64,000 nucleotides of DNA, taken from assembly GCA_013265495.1 (NCBI GenBank), contig MU058289.1:310001-374000 (forward strand). The letters run 5' to 3'. Position 1 is the stretch's first letter. Each line of letters begins with the position of its first letter. The notes under the pieces were generated by a model. That model worked only from the letters and a program-made list of their open reading frames with translations, was not told the origin of the DNA and searched no databases. Below, one piece after another: positions 1 to 30,068 of the stretch. Source of the DNA: Vicugna vicugna (Eukaryota). A program made the translations under genes and the position numbers.

Positions 1-265
1 AGCAATGGGGCTGGGTTACGGGTTGTGGAGGCCAGTGAGCAGGAAGAGAGAGGACTGAGACAATCAGGTTGAGAGGCTGGGAACCAGTGAGAACTCTGGC
101 CTAGGAGGGCAGGGGGTGTGACCCTGAGGGGTTGGAGTTAAAGCTTGAGGGAGGAATCAGGTCCTGAAAGTGAGCCAAGTCAAGGGAAGGTCTAGAGAGG
201 CAGGGCTGGGACCAGATCCCAAGGCCAGGCCCGCCAGTGGGCAGGGGTGGGGCTCAGGCACTGAC

Positions 266-3200
266 CCTTGCTGTGGCGCCAGCAGCAGAGGACCACCCCA
301 GTGATGACCATAAGTAGAGTCATGGCCACAGCAGCCACTCCAGCCACAATCCTCACCATGGGCAGCGAGTCTGCAGGAAAGAGAGGGGTGTCCTGAGGAG
401 GCTGAGCAGAAGACTGAGCAGGAACTGGCGGACTGGGCTCAGGGCTTGGGTAGGGACCTCTGGGTTCAAAGGTCACCAAGTTTGGAGATTCCCAAGTTTT
501 GTAGCCTGGGATCCCTGTGTTTAAGGGCTCATGAACTTGGGGTTTTACAAGTTTAAACTCCCTGACTTTAGGCAGTCTTAGAGTTTGAGGGCATTTTTAC
601 TTTGCAATTCTTTATATTTGGAGATTGCCTTCTTTGAAACACCTAAGTGTAGAGGTCTTTCAGTTTAGGATTCTGTACCCGAGGGAACTTATTGTTTAGG
701 GGTCTCAGGATTCAAGGGACTCATGATATTGAGGCTCCCAAGGTTTGGGGGTCTCTGCATTTGAGGGTCCTCTGTTTGGGAATGGTCACATTTTGGAGGT
801 TTGAAATCCTCAGATTTGGGGTCTTCAGGCCCAGAGTCTTACCTCTACGGCCCAGGCTGACCCGGGTGCCTCCCTCGCCCAGCCGGTTCCGGGCACTACA
901 GTTGAAGCCCCGGCTAAAGTCAGACTCCTGGGTCCCGGAAATGTGTAGCACAGAGATCAGGCCTGGACCTTGTCCTCCGCGGCCCTCTGGGGCTGGGAAC
1001 GTCTCCACCAGGAACCTACCCCGAGATCCCGCTGCCAGGAAGCCCTCATCCCAAGACCAGACCTGGGGGCACAAAAGAGGAAGATCACTGAGGAGACTAG
1101 GGAGGGCAGGCAGGGGCGGCGGGCGGGGTGAGGAATGTCAGAGGTAGTCACAATAGTTTTGGGAGTCTGGCTGAGAGGTCCAGGATCATGGCTTGGATGA
1201 GTCTTGAGAGCGGGGACATTTCCTTACCACGGCTTCTGGGGCGGGGGAGGCGAAGACCAGACACTGGAGGCGGGCGGGGCCCCTCAGGAAGGCGGGCGCA
1301 GAGTGCAGGGCGGTCACTACTGGTGGCGCTGGTTTGGAGATTGTGGACCAATCAGAGGAGAGGCCCCGCCCTCCCTCAAGCCCGTTCTCAATCGGGCGGG
1401 GCCAGGCCTGGGCACTCCCCACTAACCCCAACGAACCAGGCCACGCCTCTCCACAAATTTGGAACCCCACTGGGGCTGGCCTTCGCTAGGTCCTGCTGCA
1501 ATCCCCAGGTCCCGCCGTCTGTTGAGCTTCCCCTCTAAAGACCATGTCCACTCTCATTAGACCTCGTCCCCTCTGCCCACTCCTTATCTAGGACCTGTCG
1601 GGTCCACTAGGAAGCACCCCTTTCTCACCGTTCACAGTCAACCTAGCCTCAGCAGCGCCGCCCCCCAGGCCGGAGAGCCCAGGCTCAGCCTTGCACACGT
1701 AGTCGCCTGCATCCTCGGGCCCCACCGCGGGAAGACGCAGCGTGGGCCCGGAGGCCAGCACCTGGGATAGTGAAGGGGCGTCACGGCCAGGACCTTGGGA
1801 GGATTAGTGCCACTGCCAGCCACCACCACAAGCCCCAGATCGGGTCTCACCTGCGCGTCCCCGCGGCGGGTCCAGGTTACCCGTGGGAGCGGATTTCCGC
1901 GCCAGACACAGGTGAAGAAGGCATCGTTCCCGAGGTCCACGGACACGGGTTTCGGCTTTGCCTGAAGAATCGGCCCGACTGGAGGAGAGAGTTGAGCGGG
2001 TCACATGACCAAGGAGGGCTGCAACTTCTGACTCGGGATCAGCTACTCAGAAACGACACCCACAAGAGCCCTCTGGGTTTAAGCCCCTGTCCACAGCTCA
2101 CACTCCCGGCTCACATGCCCGACTCACACCCCTGGGCCCCGCCCTCGCCCCGTCCCTGCTCCACTTTGGCTTGGATCCAGCACTGCCAAACCCCGCCTAA
2201 ATCCTATTCTGGCCCCACCTCCTCCCTCAGCGGGTCACAGCCACGCCCCACCATAGCCCCCAGCCCATCCAGCGCGCCCCACTTTGGACACAGGCACGGC
2301 CTCGCCCTGGCTCACACTGAACATCCAGCGCTGTGCTGCGGTTGGCGCTACCCACGGCGTTGCTGACCTCACAGGACACCGGCGCGGTCAGAAATGAAGC
2401 GTCCGCCACTACCTCCAACATTGGCCCGCGGGCCCCAAGCACCGGGGACCCCCCCTTTGCCCACCTGCGACGGTGATAGGCTGTTAGTGTTGTCCTTGCT
2501 CTTCATGCACACCTACTCACATCCTAGCCCCAGCCCTCCCCAAGCCCATGCTTCAGGCTGGGGAAGAGATGATCTTCCTCCTCACCTATAGCCGGTAACA
2601 GGAGGCTGAGCAGTCGCTTGGCATCGGAAAGTGACTTTCTCTCCCTCCTGCACTGTCTGTGGTTCTGCAGACAGAGTCACCACTGGGGGGTCTGTGAAGG
2701 TGAGTCAATGGTCAGCGATGGGCAAGGACATGGAATACCCCCACTGACGACCTAGGAGCCCAATTCTCAGCTCCTTCACTCCAGGAGTTTGAGTCCCCAG
2801 TCCTCCCTTCCCTTTCAACTAGGAGTCTAGGCCTCCAGTTCCCAATTCCCCCAGGGACTTCAGGTTCACAGCCTTCTCCTTCCTCTTATCCCGGAGTCCA
2901 GGTTCCAGTCCCCTCTTTCCCCAAGGACCTCAGCCTCAAAGCCCAGTATCTAACTGCACTCACACTGCAGGCTCAGTGTGACAGCTGTGTCCTTTCCTGC
3001 GGGCATGGCTTGGCTCCGGGCCCGGCAAACCAAGGTGGCTCCATCATCATGGCTGGAAGGGGTCAAGGATAAGATGCTCTCCACTGACCCAGTGGTTCCT
3101 TCCTTCAACAGGGTCTGAATAATAATAATAATCTCATCAGGTTATGAATAATAATAATTTCACCTACCCTTATGTAGTACTTTACTATGTCAAGCACTCT

Positions 3201-4986
3201 TCTAGGCATTTATAAATACTACTTTATTTAATCTGCACAACTACCCTAGAGGTGCATACTACAATTGACCCCATTGTACAGACAAGTAAACTGAGGGACA
3301 GAGAGGTTAAGATCAATCAACTGGTGAATTGTTGGGTCAGAATTTGAACCCAGGTAGTCTGGCCCTAGAGCCCTTATCCTTAATCACATACCAAGGATCC
3401 CAGGCTTTGAATCCCTGCCCTCCCATTGCTTTTTCTCTTCTGGATGAGCCTATGGTCTGAGTGGACTCCCAAATTTCCCTGAATGAGCAAGGGCTGGCAC
3501 AGAGTGTTGGACCTGACCTGGTGGAAGGTGGCCCCATCCAGCCGGACCCCATCACGGAACCACAGCAGCTCAGGGGTGGGGCGGGCATCCCCACGGCTCT
3601 GACAGGTCAGATTCGCAGGAATCCCAGCAACCAGAGACACAGAAGGGCCGCCCAGCACCTGGGGAGCTTCTGGCGGCACTGTGGGGGTGGATCTGGGGTC
3701 AGAGCTAGATCCTTGGCCCAGAGACCCTGATCTTCCCAGCTCTAACCCGCCATTTTTCCATTCTCCTGGATTCAGACTCCCAGTTAGCACTGGTGGTGCC
3801 CCAGGGCTCCCTGGGGATGAGTGGGCTAGATCCTCACCCAACACATGCAACTGGGCTGGTCGAGAACGGAGGCCTGCTTGTGTAGCCTGACATTCATACG
3901 ATGCTTGATCCTCTAGCTCCACAGGCCTAATGTGGAGGTCGTGCTGGCCACTGGCTGCATTCCCTGATATCCAGTACCGGGACCACCCTGGAGTCAGGGA
4001 AGAGGCAGTCAAACCATGTTTGTGAGTTCCTGGCCCCAGGCCTCCATTCCTAGACATCTCATACCAGAAAAACACTACCAAACATGGGTGCTGGGCCAGA
4101 GAAACAGTAACCCTCTCCCAATCCAGAATCACTGCAGCTTGGGGGTGATAAATTTTTAAAAAAAAATCAAGAAAACTATCGCCATAAAGGTCAAATTAGA
4201 TGCCACCTCTTGGGTGAGAAGGGAGTGGGAAGGGAGTGAGGAGGGCTTCTGGGAGCTGGCAATGGACCTCGGTAGTGGTTACACGCATGTCTATGGTAGA
4301 ATTATTTGACAAACCTTCCATTTATGTTTTATGTGTTTTTCTGCATTTATGTAATATTTTACAATAAAAATTAAAATCTCCAAACCCTGTAAGTCACCTC
4401 CAGAAAAGCTGAAAATACAGGACTCCCAAATGTTTACCTGAGCGCATTAACTACCCCAACTTAAAAATGTCAAAATAGAAACCTCAGTCCTTGCACAAGC
4501 CCAGCACCCTCACCCTGGAGCCAACCCCTCCCTGAATAGGGAGAACAGTCTCACCTGGCAGGTCCCTTTCGCCCCCGAGAGCCAGCCCATCCTTAGTCCA
4601 CTGAACCAGCCCCCAGTATGCGCCCAGGGCACAGGGCAGCCGGGCCTCATCCCCCAGAAGTACTACCAGGTCCTCAGGCTGTTGTAGGAAATGGGGTGAC
4701 AGGCCTAGGAGAAAGGAGTGAGGCGGGAGCAGAGCTGAGCTTGGCACATTCAAGAACTTCCTCATTCAGGACCCGGGAGTCCAGTCCCCAGCCCGCCCTT
4801 TCATCAGATCCAGAAGCCGGAGTTCTCCGCCCTCAGACCTAGGAGTACGAGACCTCAGGCCCACCCACCCCAGTAAAGCAGCAGCTGGCAAAGAATTCTC
4901 ATCTATGTTTATCTGTCCCCGCCACTCCCGGTACCTGCACGCCCTCTGAGGCAGAAGAAGAGGACCAGGAACGTGGGAACCAGCAT
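266..4986 (-). CDS. KIRREL2: Kin of IRRE-like protein 2 (NEPH3/filtrin), coding exons 1-12, 3' part continues beyond position 1
   Basis: Minus-strand exons with canonical GT-AG and continuous frame: 4986-4935, 4704-4555, 3987-3838, 3678-3518, 3114-2964, 2691-2586, 2464-2316, 1978-1851, 1761-1629, 1328-1228, 1062-843, 370-266. Translation [55 protein letters not shown]...five Ig domains...TM segment [30 protein letters not shown] matches KIRREL2; head-to-head with NPHS1 as in other mammals. Confidence 0.97.
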
Positions 4987-5829
4987 CGTGAGCGTGTGTC
5001 CCCTAAGGTCCAGCCGATTTGCTGCACTGGCTTTCCTGCCAGCCGTTTCCTCGGGAGCACACCTCCCACCACTCTGGCCTGGAGATCCCTTCGCTCCCGA
5101 CTCTTCGCCCCAGGCTAGAGGTCCCCCTTTCTCTGGCCTGAAGTTCCCCTAATCTGCTCAGCCGCAGGTTCCGAGGCTCTGAAACGCTGGCCAGTTCCGC
5201 GCGCAGGTTCTTGGAAAGATCCGGGAGGGCTTGATCCTACTCGCCCCGCCCACCCCCGCCCCCTGGGAGACCCGCCCTCTTCCCATTGAGAAACTCCCGC
5301 GGCCCAGACGCGGATGAATGGGGGCACGCAGGGCAGAATCCCCCCAGCGGGTGGACGCCCCAGCTCCCTTTCGGCCTGGGAGCTGGAACACCTGGGTCGA
5401 AGGAAGGAGTCCCGGCTGGGTTGGACACCTGTACCCTGTCGGGGTTGGTGGGTGGCTGAGAGTGAAGAGGAGGGAGGGGAGGGAGTGGAAGAAACTTGCT
5501 CAGCTCGGGTCCTGGAGGGACCTCGCTGAGTGGAAACGGAGCTATAAATGGGAACCCTTGGGGACTTGCTAGTTTCCGCGCCCTGAGGAGGCGGGGCCCG
5601 GGGCTCCCCTGGGTCTGAGGGTCAGGAAAAGGGCACAGGGTTTCTCTGGGGGGGGGGCAGCTGGGACCTCTGAGAAAGGGGGTTCAGTTCTCCCCACCTC
5701 AAAACCCCTATTCAGAATATTCCTCTTCCTGCCTTGTTACCGCTGCAAACCATAGCGTCCTAAGATCCAGGAATCCAGGCCCCTCAGCCCCTCCGGTCCC
5801 AGGACCCCCGCAGGCCGGGACCACCCCCC

Positions 5830-6060
5830 TCGCCCCACTCAGCAGCGGTTGCTGGGCGACGGCTGGGAGGCGGCGGTGCCCGGGCTGGGGCAGGCCGGGA
5901 GGCTGGGAACTGCGCAGCTTGTCCTGACGGCTGCATGCCGCCCAGCTGGGGCGTTCCCACGCTGCGGGCTGGCGGTGCGCTGCGCAGCTGGCGGGACAGG
6001 TGGGTGGGACCCCGAGTCGACAGAGGGGGGCGGGGCCGGGGGCCTAGGACCGTGGATCTG
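5830..6060. promoter_or_regulatory. CpG-rich element in the shared KIRREL2/NPHS1 upstream region, with PTF1-like E-box/TC-box site
   Basis: GC/CpG-rich patch; CAGCTG-GGGC-GTTCCCAC at 5943-5960, additional E-boxes (CAGCTG, CAGGTG) nearby. Confidence 0.5.
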
Positions 6061-6994
6061 ACTGACATCCTGGAGCCTGTAGGGACTGGGGAGCCACACT
6101 CAGGTTCTCTGTTGTTCCTGAGCTCAGATTCTTGTGTCCCTTAATAGCGGGGCATGGACGCCCAGGATTCTAAGCCTGGGGATTCAGACCTCTGATGACT
6201 GCGAAGCCAATGGCCTGAACTCCGAGTTTCTTAAGAGTTGGGGACTCAACTAGGTCCTCTGCCTGCAGCAGGGTGCAGTTGGGAGAGGATGACCGGGGGT
6301 CAGAAAATCTGATCTTAAGTCTTAGAGTCAGTGGATTTAACCACCAATCTCTCTCCCACCCCTACACAGGCCCAGGAGGATTTGAAAATCAACAGACAGT
6401 GAACATCTGCCCTAAGTCCTATGGGCGGGGAGTGGGAAGGGGGGAGATTGGAGGCCTGAACTTCCCGGTCCTTGGGGAGAGAGGGCTGCAGGCTTGGAAT
6501 CCTGAATCTGAGAAGAGTGGGTCCAAGGGGTCCCAGACTTCTAGAATTTCTGGCTTCTGGGTTTGGGGATCTAGTCCCTGGCTTTTGAAATAGGTTGAGC
6601 TTGGAGCCAGGACACCTGAGTCAGATAGTAAGGCTATTTTTTCCAGACACCTGATATCGCTTCCTCTTCCTGTCTCTGGGGCCACAGACGTGGAAAGATA
6701 GAGAGCCTGAGGTCTCAGGAGCATCTAAGAAGAAAAATATCCAAGGTGGAGGGTGGAAGGTTTGTGCTAATTAAAGATCCCAGCAATGGACAGCTTTTCA
6801 CGGTGACCCTGAGGGACACCATCTGGTGACGACCTTATGACAGAACCCCCGGCTCTGTATCCAGTTCAGTCCCCAGGAGGCACAGGGCAGTTGGGAGAGG
6901 GGATGTGGGAGGAGGGCAAGGAGTCAGTAAGGGGAGGGAAGAAGAAACACCAGAGGGAGCATCAAGGATGGAGCTGTGGGGCTCAGGCCAGCTG

Positions 6995-7270
6995 CCTCAT
7001 CTTATTCCTGGAGGAGGGCCAGATGGGGGGTCACGGGGGAAGAGAGAGAGAGAAAACGGGCAGCTCCAATTCCTGTAGGAGATAAGCGGGCAGAAGAAGC
7101 TTATCCCCTGTGGGTGTGTATGTCCACGCTGGGGTGGGGAGGGCAGGCCAGCCAGCATATGGTTATAAAATTCAAAGATGTGACAATCAGAAGGACTCAG
7201 AGATGGAGAAACAAATAAAAGGAAGAGGCATAGTCAAAGGCTGACCGAGAACAAATATTTATTGAGACAG
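6995..7270. promoter_or_regulatory. Putative podocyte enhancer upstream of NPHS1
   Basis: Cluster about 1.4-1.6 kb upstream of the NPHS1 ATG: TTATTCCTGGAGGAGGG (TEAD/WT1-like), CATATG E-box, TTCAAAG (TCF/LEF-like), forkhead-like AAACAAATAAA and ACAAATATTTATTG. Motif-based only. Confidence 0.35.
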
Positions 7271-8299
7271 AGTATGGAGTGGGAGAGACAGAGATGAGAA
7301 AAGAGACAGAAAGAGGAAAACAGAGACACACAGAGGCCTAGACAGTGACAGAGTTAAAGGTGACTGAGATGTAACTGCCGAGTATGGCGTGGCGGGAGAC
7401 ACTGAGACAGAGCAGGAAAGTCTCAAAGCGATGGTGAGAAATAGGAAGATAAATTGAGGTGGGTTGAGGGAGAGAGGAAGAGACAGAGATACTCAGAAGG
7501 AAAGAAGAGGCTGGGAGAGACAGAGGGAAGCTACGTGAACAAGAACTCATGGCTCTAGCCAAAGGATTCCCACCTGAGCTCAGCGCTGATGGCCTTAATC
7601 CTGCCTTTCACTCCCATCCCTTCTGACTGCCCTGCACATTTACTCTTTAGACACTTATCCACTCATACACTTTGTACACGCTTCCACAGATCACAATTCA
7701 CTCTCACCTTCCCCAGGCTCACATGCACGCTCATGCACTCATGTTCCCTTTACATACACACGTGCACACAGATACCTGCACTCTCCCAATCTCTCACATA
7801 CACTTCTGCCCAGTCTCCGGCAGAGCTCCCTGACATCAGAGAGTGAGATGTCCACTCAGGGAAGGAAGGGACTTGAAGGTCACGTACCAGGGCAGGAAGA
7901 GTGGGGCAGTCCTACCCCCATGCCAGGCCCAGCTCTCTGCTCCCCATGCTGAGCTGGGACCACTTGGGTCTGACCAGCTCCCCCTCACCCCTGGCCCAAG
8001 CCAGGCCCTGGAGGTCATGGGGGCAGGGGAGGCACCCAAGAATGTGCCTGGCATGTGCTGACAGGGGATTTCTAGCTCCAGCTGTGCTGGGAGGAGCCTG
8101 TTGTGTATAGGCCTGAAGCTGGAGACTTGGGAGTGTGCCTGGGGGAGGTAGCAGTGTGAGCATGAGATTCCACTGGGTCTGACAACAACTCTGCCACTGA
8201 CCGCATCATTGCTCTCTGGGGCTCATGGAACCTGCTGAACTCTGAACATTGTGTCCTCTCTGAGGGGCTGTGAGTAGTGAGAGGAGACCAGGGGTGGAG

Positions 8300-8600
8300 G
8301 TGGCATGAGAGAAGAAAGAAAAATAGAGACTGACTAGGAGGGACATAGAGACTCAGAGAGAAAGAGAAAGAGAGCACCTTAGACAGGGGGAGGAAGAGAG
8401 AGAATCCAGGAGGGAGCATGCAGGGGACTTAGGGTAGGGAGAGAGAGAGAGAGAGACAGAAGGAGAGGGCGTGGGGCCGGGGAGACTAACTCCTGGGAAG
8501 AGAGACAAACAGAGAAAAAGGAGAAAATAGAAAAAGAGAGACAAAGAGATGAGACCTAGAGAGAGGGACCCAGAGAGAGGCAGAGGCAGAAACAGGAGGC
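8300..8600 (+). repeat. GA-rich low-complexity / (GA)n tract immediately upstream of NPHS1 ATG
   Basis: Purine-only runs including (GA)n at about 8438-8456. Confidence 0.8.
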
Positions 8601-8641
8601 AGGAGGTGGGCTCTGCGGGAGCCACAGGCAGAGGACCTGGG

Positions 8642-25606
<16,965 letters not shown>

Positions 25607-26422
25607 GAGCCTTCTCAACACCCTTTCCCTCCATCTGCAAGACATAATATTCCAGCGTTTCTTTTTATTCCAGTCTTGGCTGAGCTTCTTAAGTGAGCTC
25701 CACAAGCCACAAAGGGACTGGACTTGTTCAGAGGAGGACACAGAGGGGTGTATGTAAGTGACAGAAGGTGATTCAAGCTGGTGTCAAAGTATAAACAAGG
25801 CTCTTCCTGGGATTGGTTTTAGAAACCAAAAAGTCCAAAGGGACACAGTGAATTGTAAAAGACATCTCAATAATGAAAAGCTATTCTGAGGGTCTTTATG
25901 CTGTTTTAAAGTAAAATTTCAGAAGTGGGGAAAGACATATTAAAAACTCAATTCATTTTGAGTTCAACAACATCTGAAATATCTAATAATAAGTGGAATT
26001 TATGAACCATTGTTATATCCTACCTGTATTATTATTTTCCACAGTTATCTATAACATAATGTGTAAGCTATGACACATATGTAAACATAGACTATAGAAA
26101 ATAAAATAAATAGATTTTACTGAAACAAGCTAGAAAAGAATACACAGTGTATAATTTTATTTCTAGAAATTCTAGAATGAGCAAAGCTAATCTATGGTGA
26201 CAGAGCAGATCAGTGATTGCCTGGGGCCATGAGAAGGAATTGTTGCAAAAAAAGCATGAGAGAACTTTTTGAGGGTGATAGAAATGTTTTATATCATGAT
26301 TGTAGTAATGATGACATAGGTGTATAGATGTGTTAGAACTCATTGAACAGTACACTTAAAATGAGTGCATTTTAGGATACATAAATTATGCTTCAGTAAA
26401 GGTAAGTTTAAAAACAGTGTCC

Positions 26423-26522
26423 AGGGGGGTGGGTATAACTTAGTGATAAAGCATATGCTTAGTACTCACGAGGTCCCGGGTTCAATTCCCAGTACCTCCA
26501 TTATAAAAAAGAAAATACAAAG
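26423..26522 (+). mobile_element. tRNA-derived SINE (Vic-1-like), diverged
   Basis: ggggggtgggtataacttagtg...cacgaggtcccgggttcaattcccagtacctcc + A tail; imperfect TSD aaaacagtgtcc/aaaacagggtcc. Confidence 0.8.
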
Positions 26523-28727
26523 TGAAAACAGGGTCCGTAATAAAGCAGCCCAGCAAGAGAATTGTTATTCTTTGCATTCAAAACAGGAAAAGATAACTGG
26601 GAAATTTGTCTATTTCCATGGAGAACAGAGTATAGTTAAGTGTAATCTTTCTTTAGGCTTCCATTTCTACTTTATTAACCATATTATCAAAACTGTTTAG
26701 TTCAAATGCTTGTCCATATATTATTTTTTATTAACATAGACTAAGGTAAGTTTTTATACCACAGCACTTGAATACACAAATACATTACAGTCCAAATGAT
26801 TTCCCTTTAATTAAACATTTATTCGGTTCCTAAGAGTAGAATTTTTCTAACTGTATTTTTCCTTTTCTAAGAAGAAAACTACCACATTCTATTTCCACAT
26901 TGGCTAAGCAGGAAAGATGAATTTATTGGCTCTTCTGGCTGACAATCCCAAGGGAGTGTTGGCTTCAAACACCGCTGGATCCAGTATGGAAACAAAGCTA
27001 TAAGAGATCTACTTCTCTGTATCTCTTGACTTTGCTTTTCTCTGTGTTGACTTCATTCTTGGGTAGACCCTTCATATGGGAGACAAAGAGGGCCACTTAC
27101 AGTTCCAGGCTGGCATTCCACAAGTTCAGTAGTCAGAGTATTTCTTTTGCCAACACTTTTGGAAAGTGCTAGGACTGTCTTTCATCAGCCCAGTTTGATG
27201 TCCATTCCTGAACTAATCATTATGGCCAGGGAACAAAATATGTGGATAATCCAGGTCCTGGGTTGCTCAGCACCACATAAACCACCTGGGTAACTCCAAA
27301 GGAACCCCCAGGCTGCAGCTGGGTCTCTTCAGGCATTTCTGACTTCCTCTTTGCCACTGCCTGAATAAATGTAACACATATCTATTGCTTCTGTCTGCTT
27401 AGAATCGAGTCTGTATTAATTTATGTAGATATCATTGAATAAGACAAGTTCCTAATTATGCCGAGCCCCTGGATCCAGCTATACCTGAAGTCAGAGCTAC
27501 TCCTGGACTATAAATGCCCCTTCCCTCTTAGGTCAATATGAACGGTGCCTTCAGTTAGTTGCAACCCTTTCCTTTAAGCCAGTTTGAATGGGGTCTTTAG
27601 TAAACTGATACAGAAATGAACAATTTGCAAGGGGCAGAAACTCACTCAAACCAGTAGAGCATTTATTAGTTACTAAGAGAAAAGCGGTAAATTTCACAGT
27701 GGAGGAAACCTGACAAATGTCACCTTACCAAATTATCAAAGTTAACATTATCAGATAGGGAAAAACTGGATGTCACGGGCCTCTTGCTCATGGGAATGTA
27801 AATTAAGACACTTTGCCAAACTGTTTGGCTATATCTACTAATGCTGAACATACAAATACCATACAACCCTATAATTATACTTCTAGGTTGACGTCCAATA
27901 AAAATGCTTATAAATGTGAATAAGAAACATGAACTGGAAAGTTCGTTGCTACCAGAAATTGGAGACAAGCAAAGTGTCCATCAAAGGAGAATGAGTAACT
28001 ATACAGTATATTCATCTAGTGGATACTATGAGAGTGAGGACAAATGAACTACTGATCAACAACATGGGTGAATCTCTCAAACACAATATTGAATCAAGTA
28101 AGTCAGACCCCAAAGAGAACATATTGTATGATTTCATCTGCTTAAAGTTAAAAATGGTCTGAACTAATTTGTGATATTAAAAGTCAAGAGTGATTTTCTT
28201 TGGGGAGAGGGAGACAGTGATTGGAAAGGGGCACAAAGGAGGGCTTCTAAGGGGTTGACAGTGTTGTTTTTTGACCTGGATGCTGGTTACACAGGTGGTG
28301 TCACTTTCTGAAAATTTATCACACTGAATACTTGTGATCTGTGTTATACGTTATTAAAATTTCATATTACAGCTCATATATGGCACTATGTTGGAATTAT
28401 GATTTTCTGATATGAAAAACAACTCATGGTACCATTCTGAACACATAAATTATAATTGTCACTCTATTTACATCATAGTTTAGTTTCTGAAAAAAAGTAT
28501 TTTAAACCATACCAAAACTTTTCATGCACGTGTATTCGTGTTATATTAATAATCTCAGATAATTATAAACTTTTCTTTTTACCCTTCTGAATGCCTTTAA
28601 GGGTGATTTCAAGTTGTTCAAGACTCAGATGGAGTTTCCAGCCTGCCTTGTCCCTGGCCTCTAAATCTCTGTCGCGCCCTTTAAATCACTGAGGCAACCA
28701 AAAACGTTTCCGCAAATTTACAAAACT

Positions 28728-28743
28728 CCCACCAGGGGGCGGT
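28728..28743 (+). promoter_or_regulatory. Strong CTCF motif within a MER20-like hAT remnant
   Basis: CCACCAGGGGGCGG matches the CTCF core; context (aaccaaaaacgtttccgcaaattt...ccccgtttgagaa) resembles the end of MER20/MER20B-type elements. Confidence 0.6.
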
Positions 28744-29920
28744 ACTACCCCGTTTGAGAAGATCCAATCTAGCAGGTTGTGTACTGGGATCTGGAGCTCG
28801 CAGGACAGTGCTGGAGATAAAAACCTGGTGATGGTGATGGTAGGAGTGTCCTCTGAATATTAGGCAGTTGCCGAGTCCCAGATTAAAGGCTAAGTAACTG
28901 CGCAGGGCATGGAGGCATAGAGGACCGCAGGAGCACCGTTTCGGGAGGGATTTTCCTAAAATTGTCGCTAAAGAATGAAAACGAATATAGTTTGTATATG
29001 TATGACTGAAACATTATGCTGTAAATATGACACCAGAAATTGACACAACATTGTAAACTGACTATACTTCAACAACAAAAGAACTCGATCACCATGCTGC
29101 AAAGAAATCCCATCCTGGGACAATCTGTACTTTTCACATTTGTAAGTATCAACATCAGACTGATAATAATCTCATCACCACATCCCAGTTCACCCCCATG
29201 TCTCTACCGTAGGAGAAGAACTAAATTCTGATTGGTTAACACGTTGTCAGAGGTCAGAGAGCAGGACTTCCTCCTCCTACTACAGGAAACAAGACAACCA
29301 CACACATCACCAGTTCCGTGTACGTGTGGCTCACCTATGCCTAATTTGAGAAAGGAGCAAATTAGTTCTCCCTTCAATAATCTCCCTCTATCGCCATCAA
29401 CCTTTGAGATCCCTAAATGCAAGCAATTCACCTGCTATGTTTGGTTCTATCTCCTTGAGAACAAGCAAGGGGGAGAAAACAGTAAGACCCGCCAGCTGAG
29501 AAATAAAAATTATCTTCCACAAATGCTACGAAGGTGTTTTTTTTCCACCTAGAACTGAGTTTTCCCACTGCTGTATATCTCCTTGAAACTTAATTAAAGA
29601 GCAATCTGGGCCCGTCTGCCTACCCATCAGCCTAAATATCCTGGGAAAACATCAATCATGCTGGGTAACTAAGTTTATCATGAGACCCTCTCACCAGAGA
29701 GAGGACGATCTTGGTACTGCCTTTGCTGGGGTGATGAATACAACCCCACAGCACCTGGATAAGCAATGCTGCTGTCAGCAACCACTCTCCAAGCAGCTCT
29801 ATGTCTCCCAGCTGACCCTTACTCTGTCTCCTGCCAGGTCATGATTTTTTTGAGGGAGTGATGCTTGGGGCTTCTTCTACTTCTTGCTGGATCAGCACTG
29901 ACTCAGGAAGTGAGTCTTAT

Positions 29921-29998
29921 GGGGGGAGGGTACAGCTCAGTGGTAGAGCGCATGCCTAGCATGCACGAGGTCCTGGGTTCAATCCCCAGTGCCGCCAC

Positions 29999-30029
<31 letters not shown>

Positions 30030-30068
30030 ACCTAATTACCCTCCACCCACAAACAAACAAAAAACAAA
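29921..30068 (+). mobile_element. Young tRNA-derived SINE (Vic-1-like)
   Basis: ggggggagggtacagctcagtggtagagcgcatgcctagcatgcacgaggtcctgggttcaatcccc, (TAAA)n, A tail; perfect 14-bp TSD gaagtgagtcttat at 29907-29920 and 30069-30082. Confidence 0.9.

Noticed and set aside
29100..29900. Unique-looking sequence with a 106-aa ORF (29232-29552), possible processed pseudogene
   Set aside because: No protein family, polyA tail or TSD recognisable by eye; needs BLASTX/RepeatMasker.
29921..30000. tRNA gene (A and B boxes, tRNA-Ala-like head)
   Set aside because: Followed by AT-rich tail and flanked by a perfect TSD, with several related copies in the window: a SINE, not a tRNA gene.
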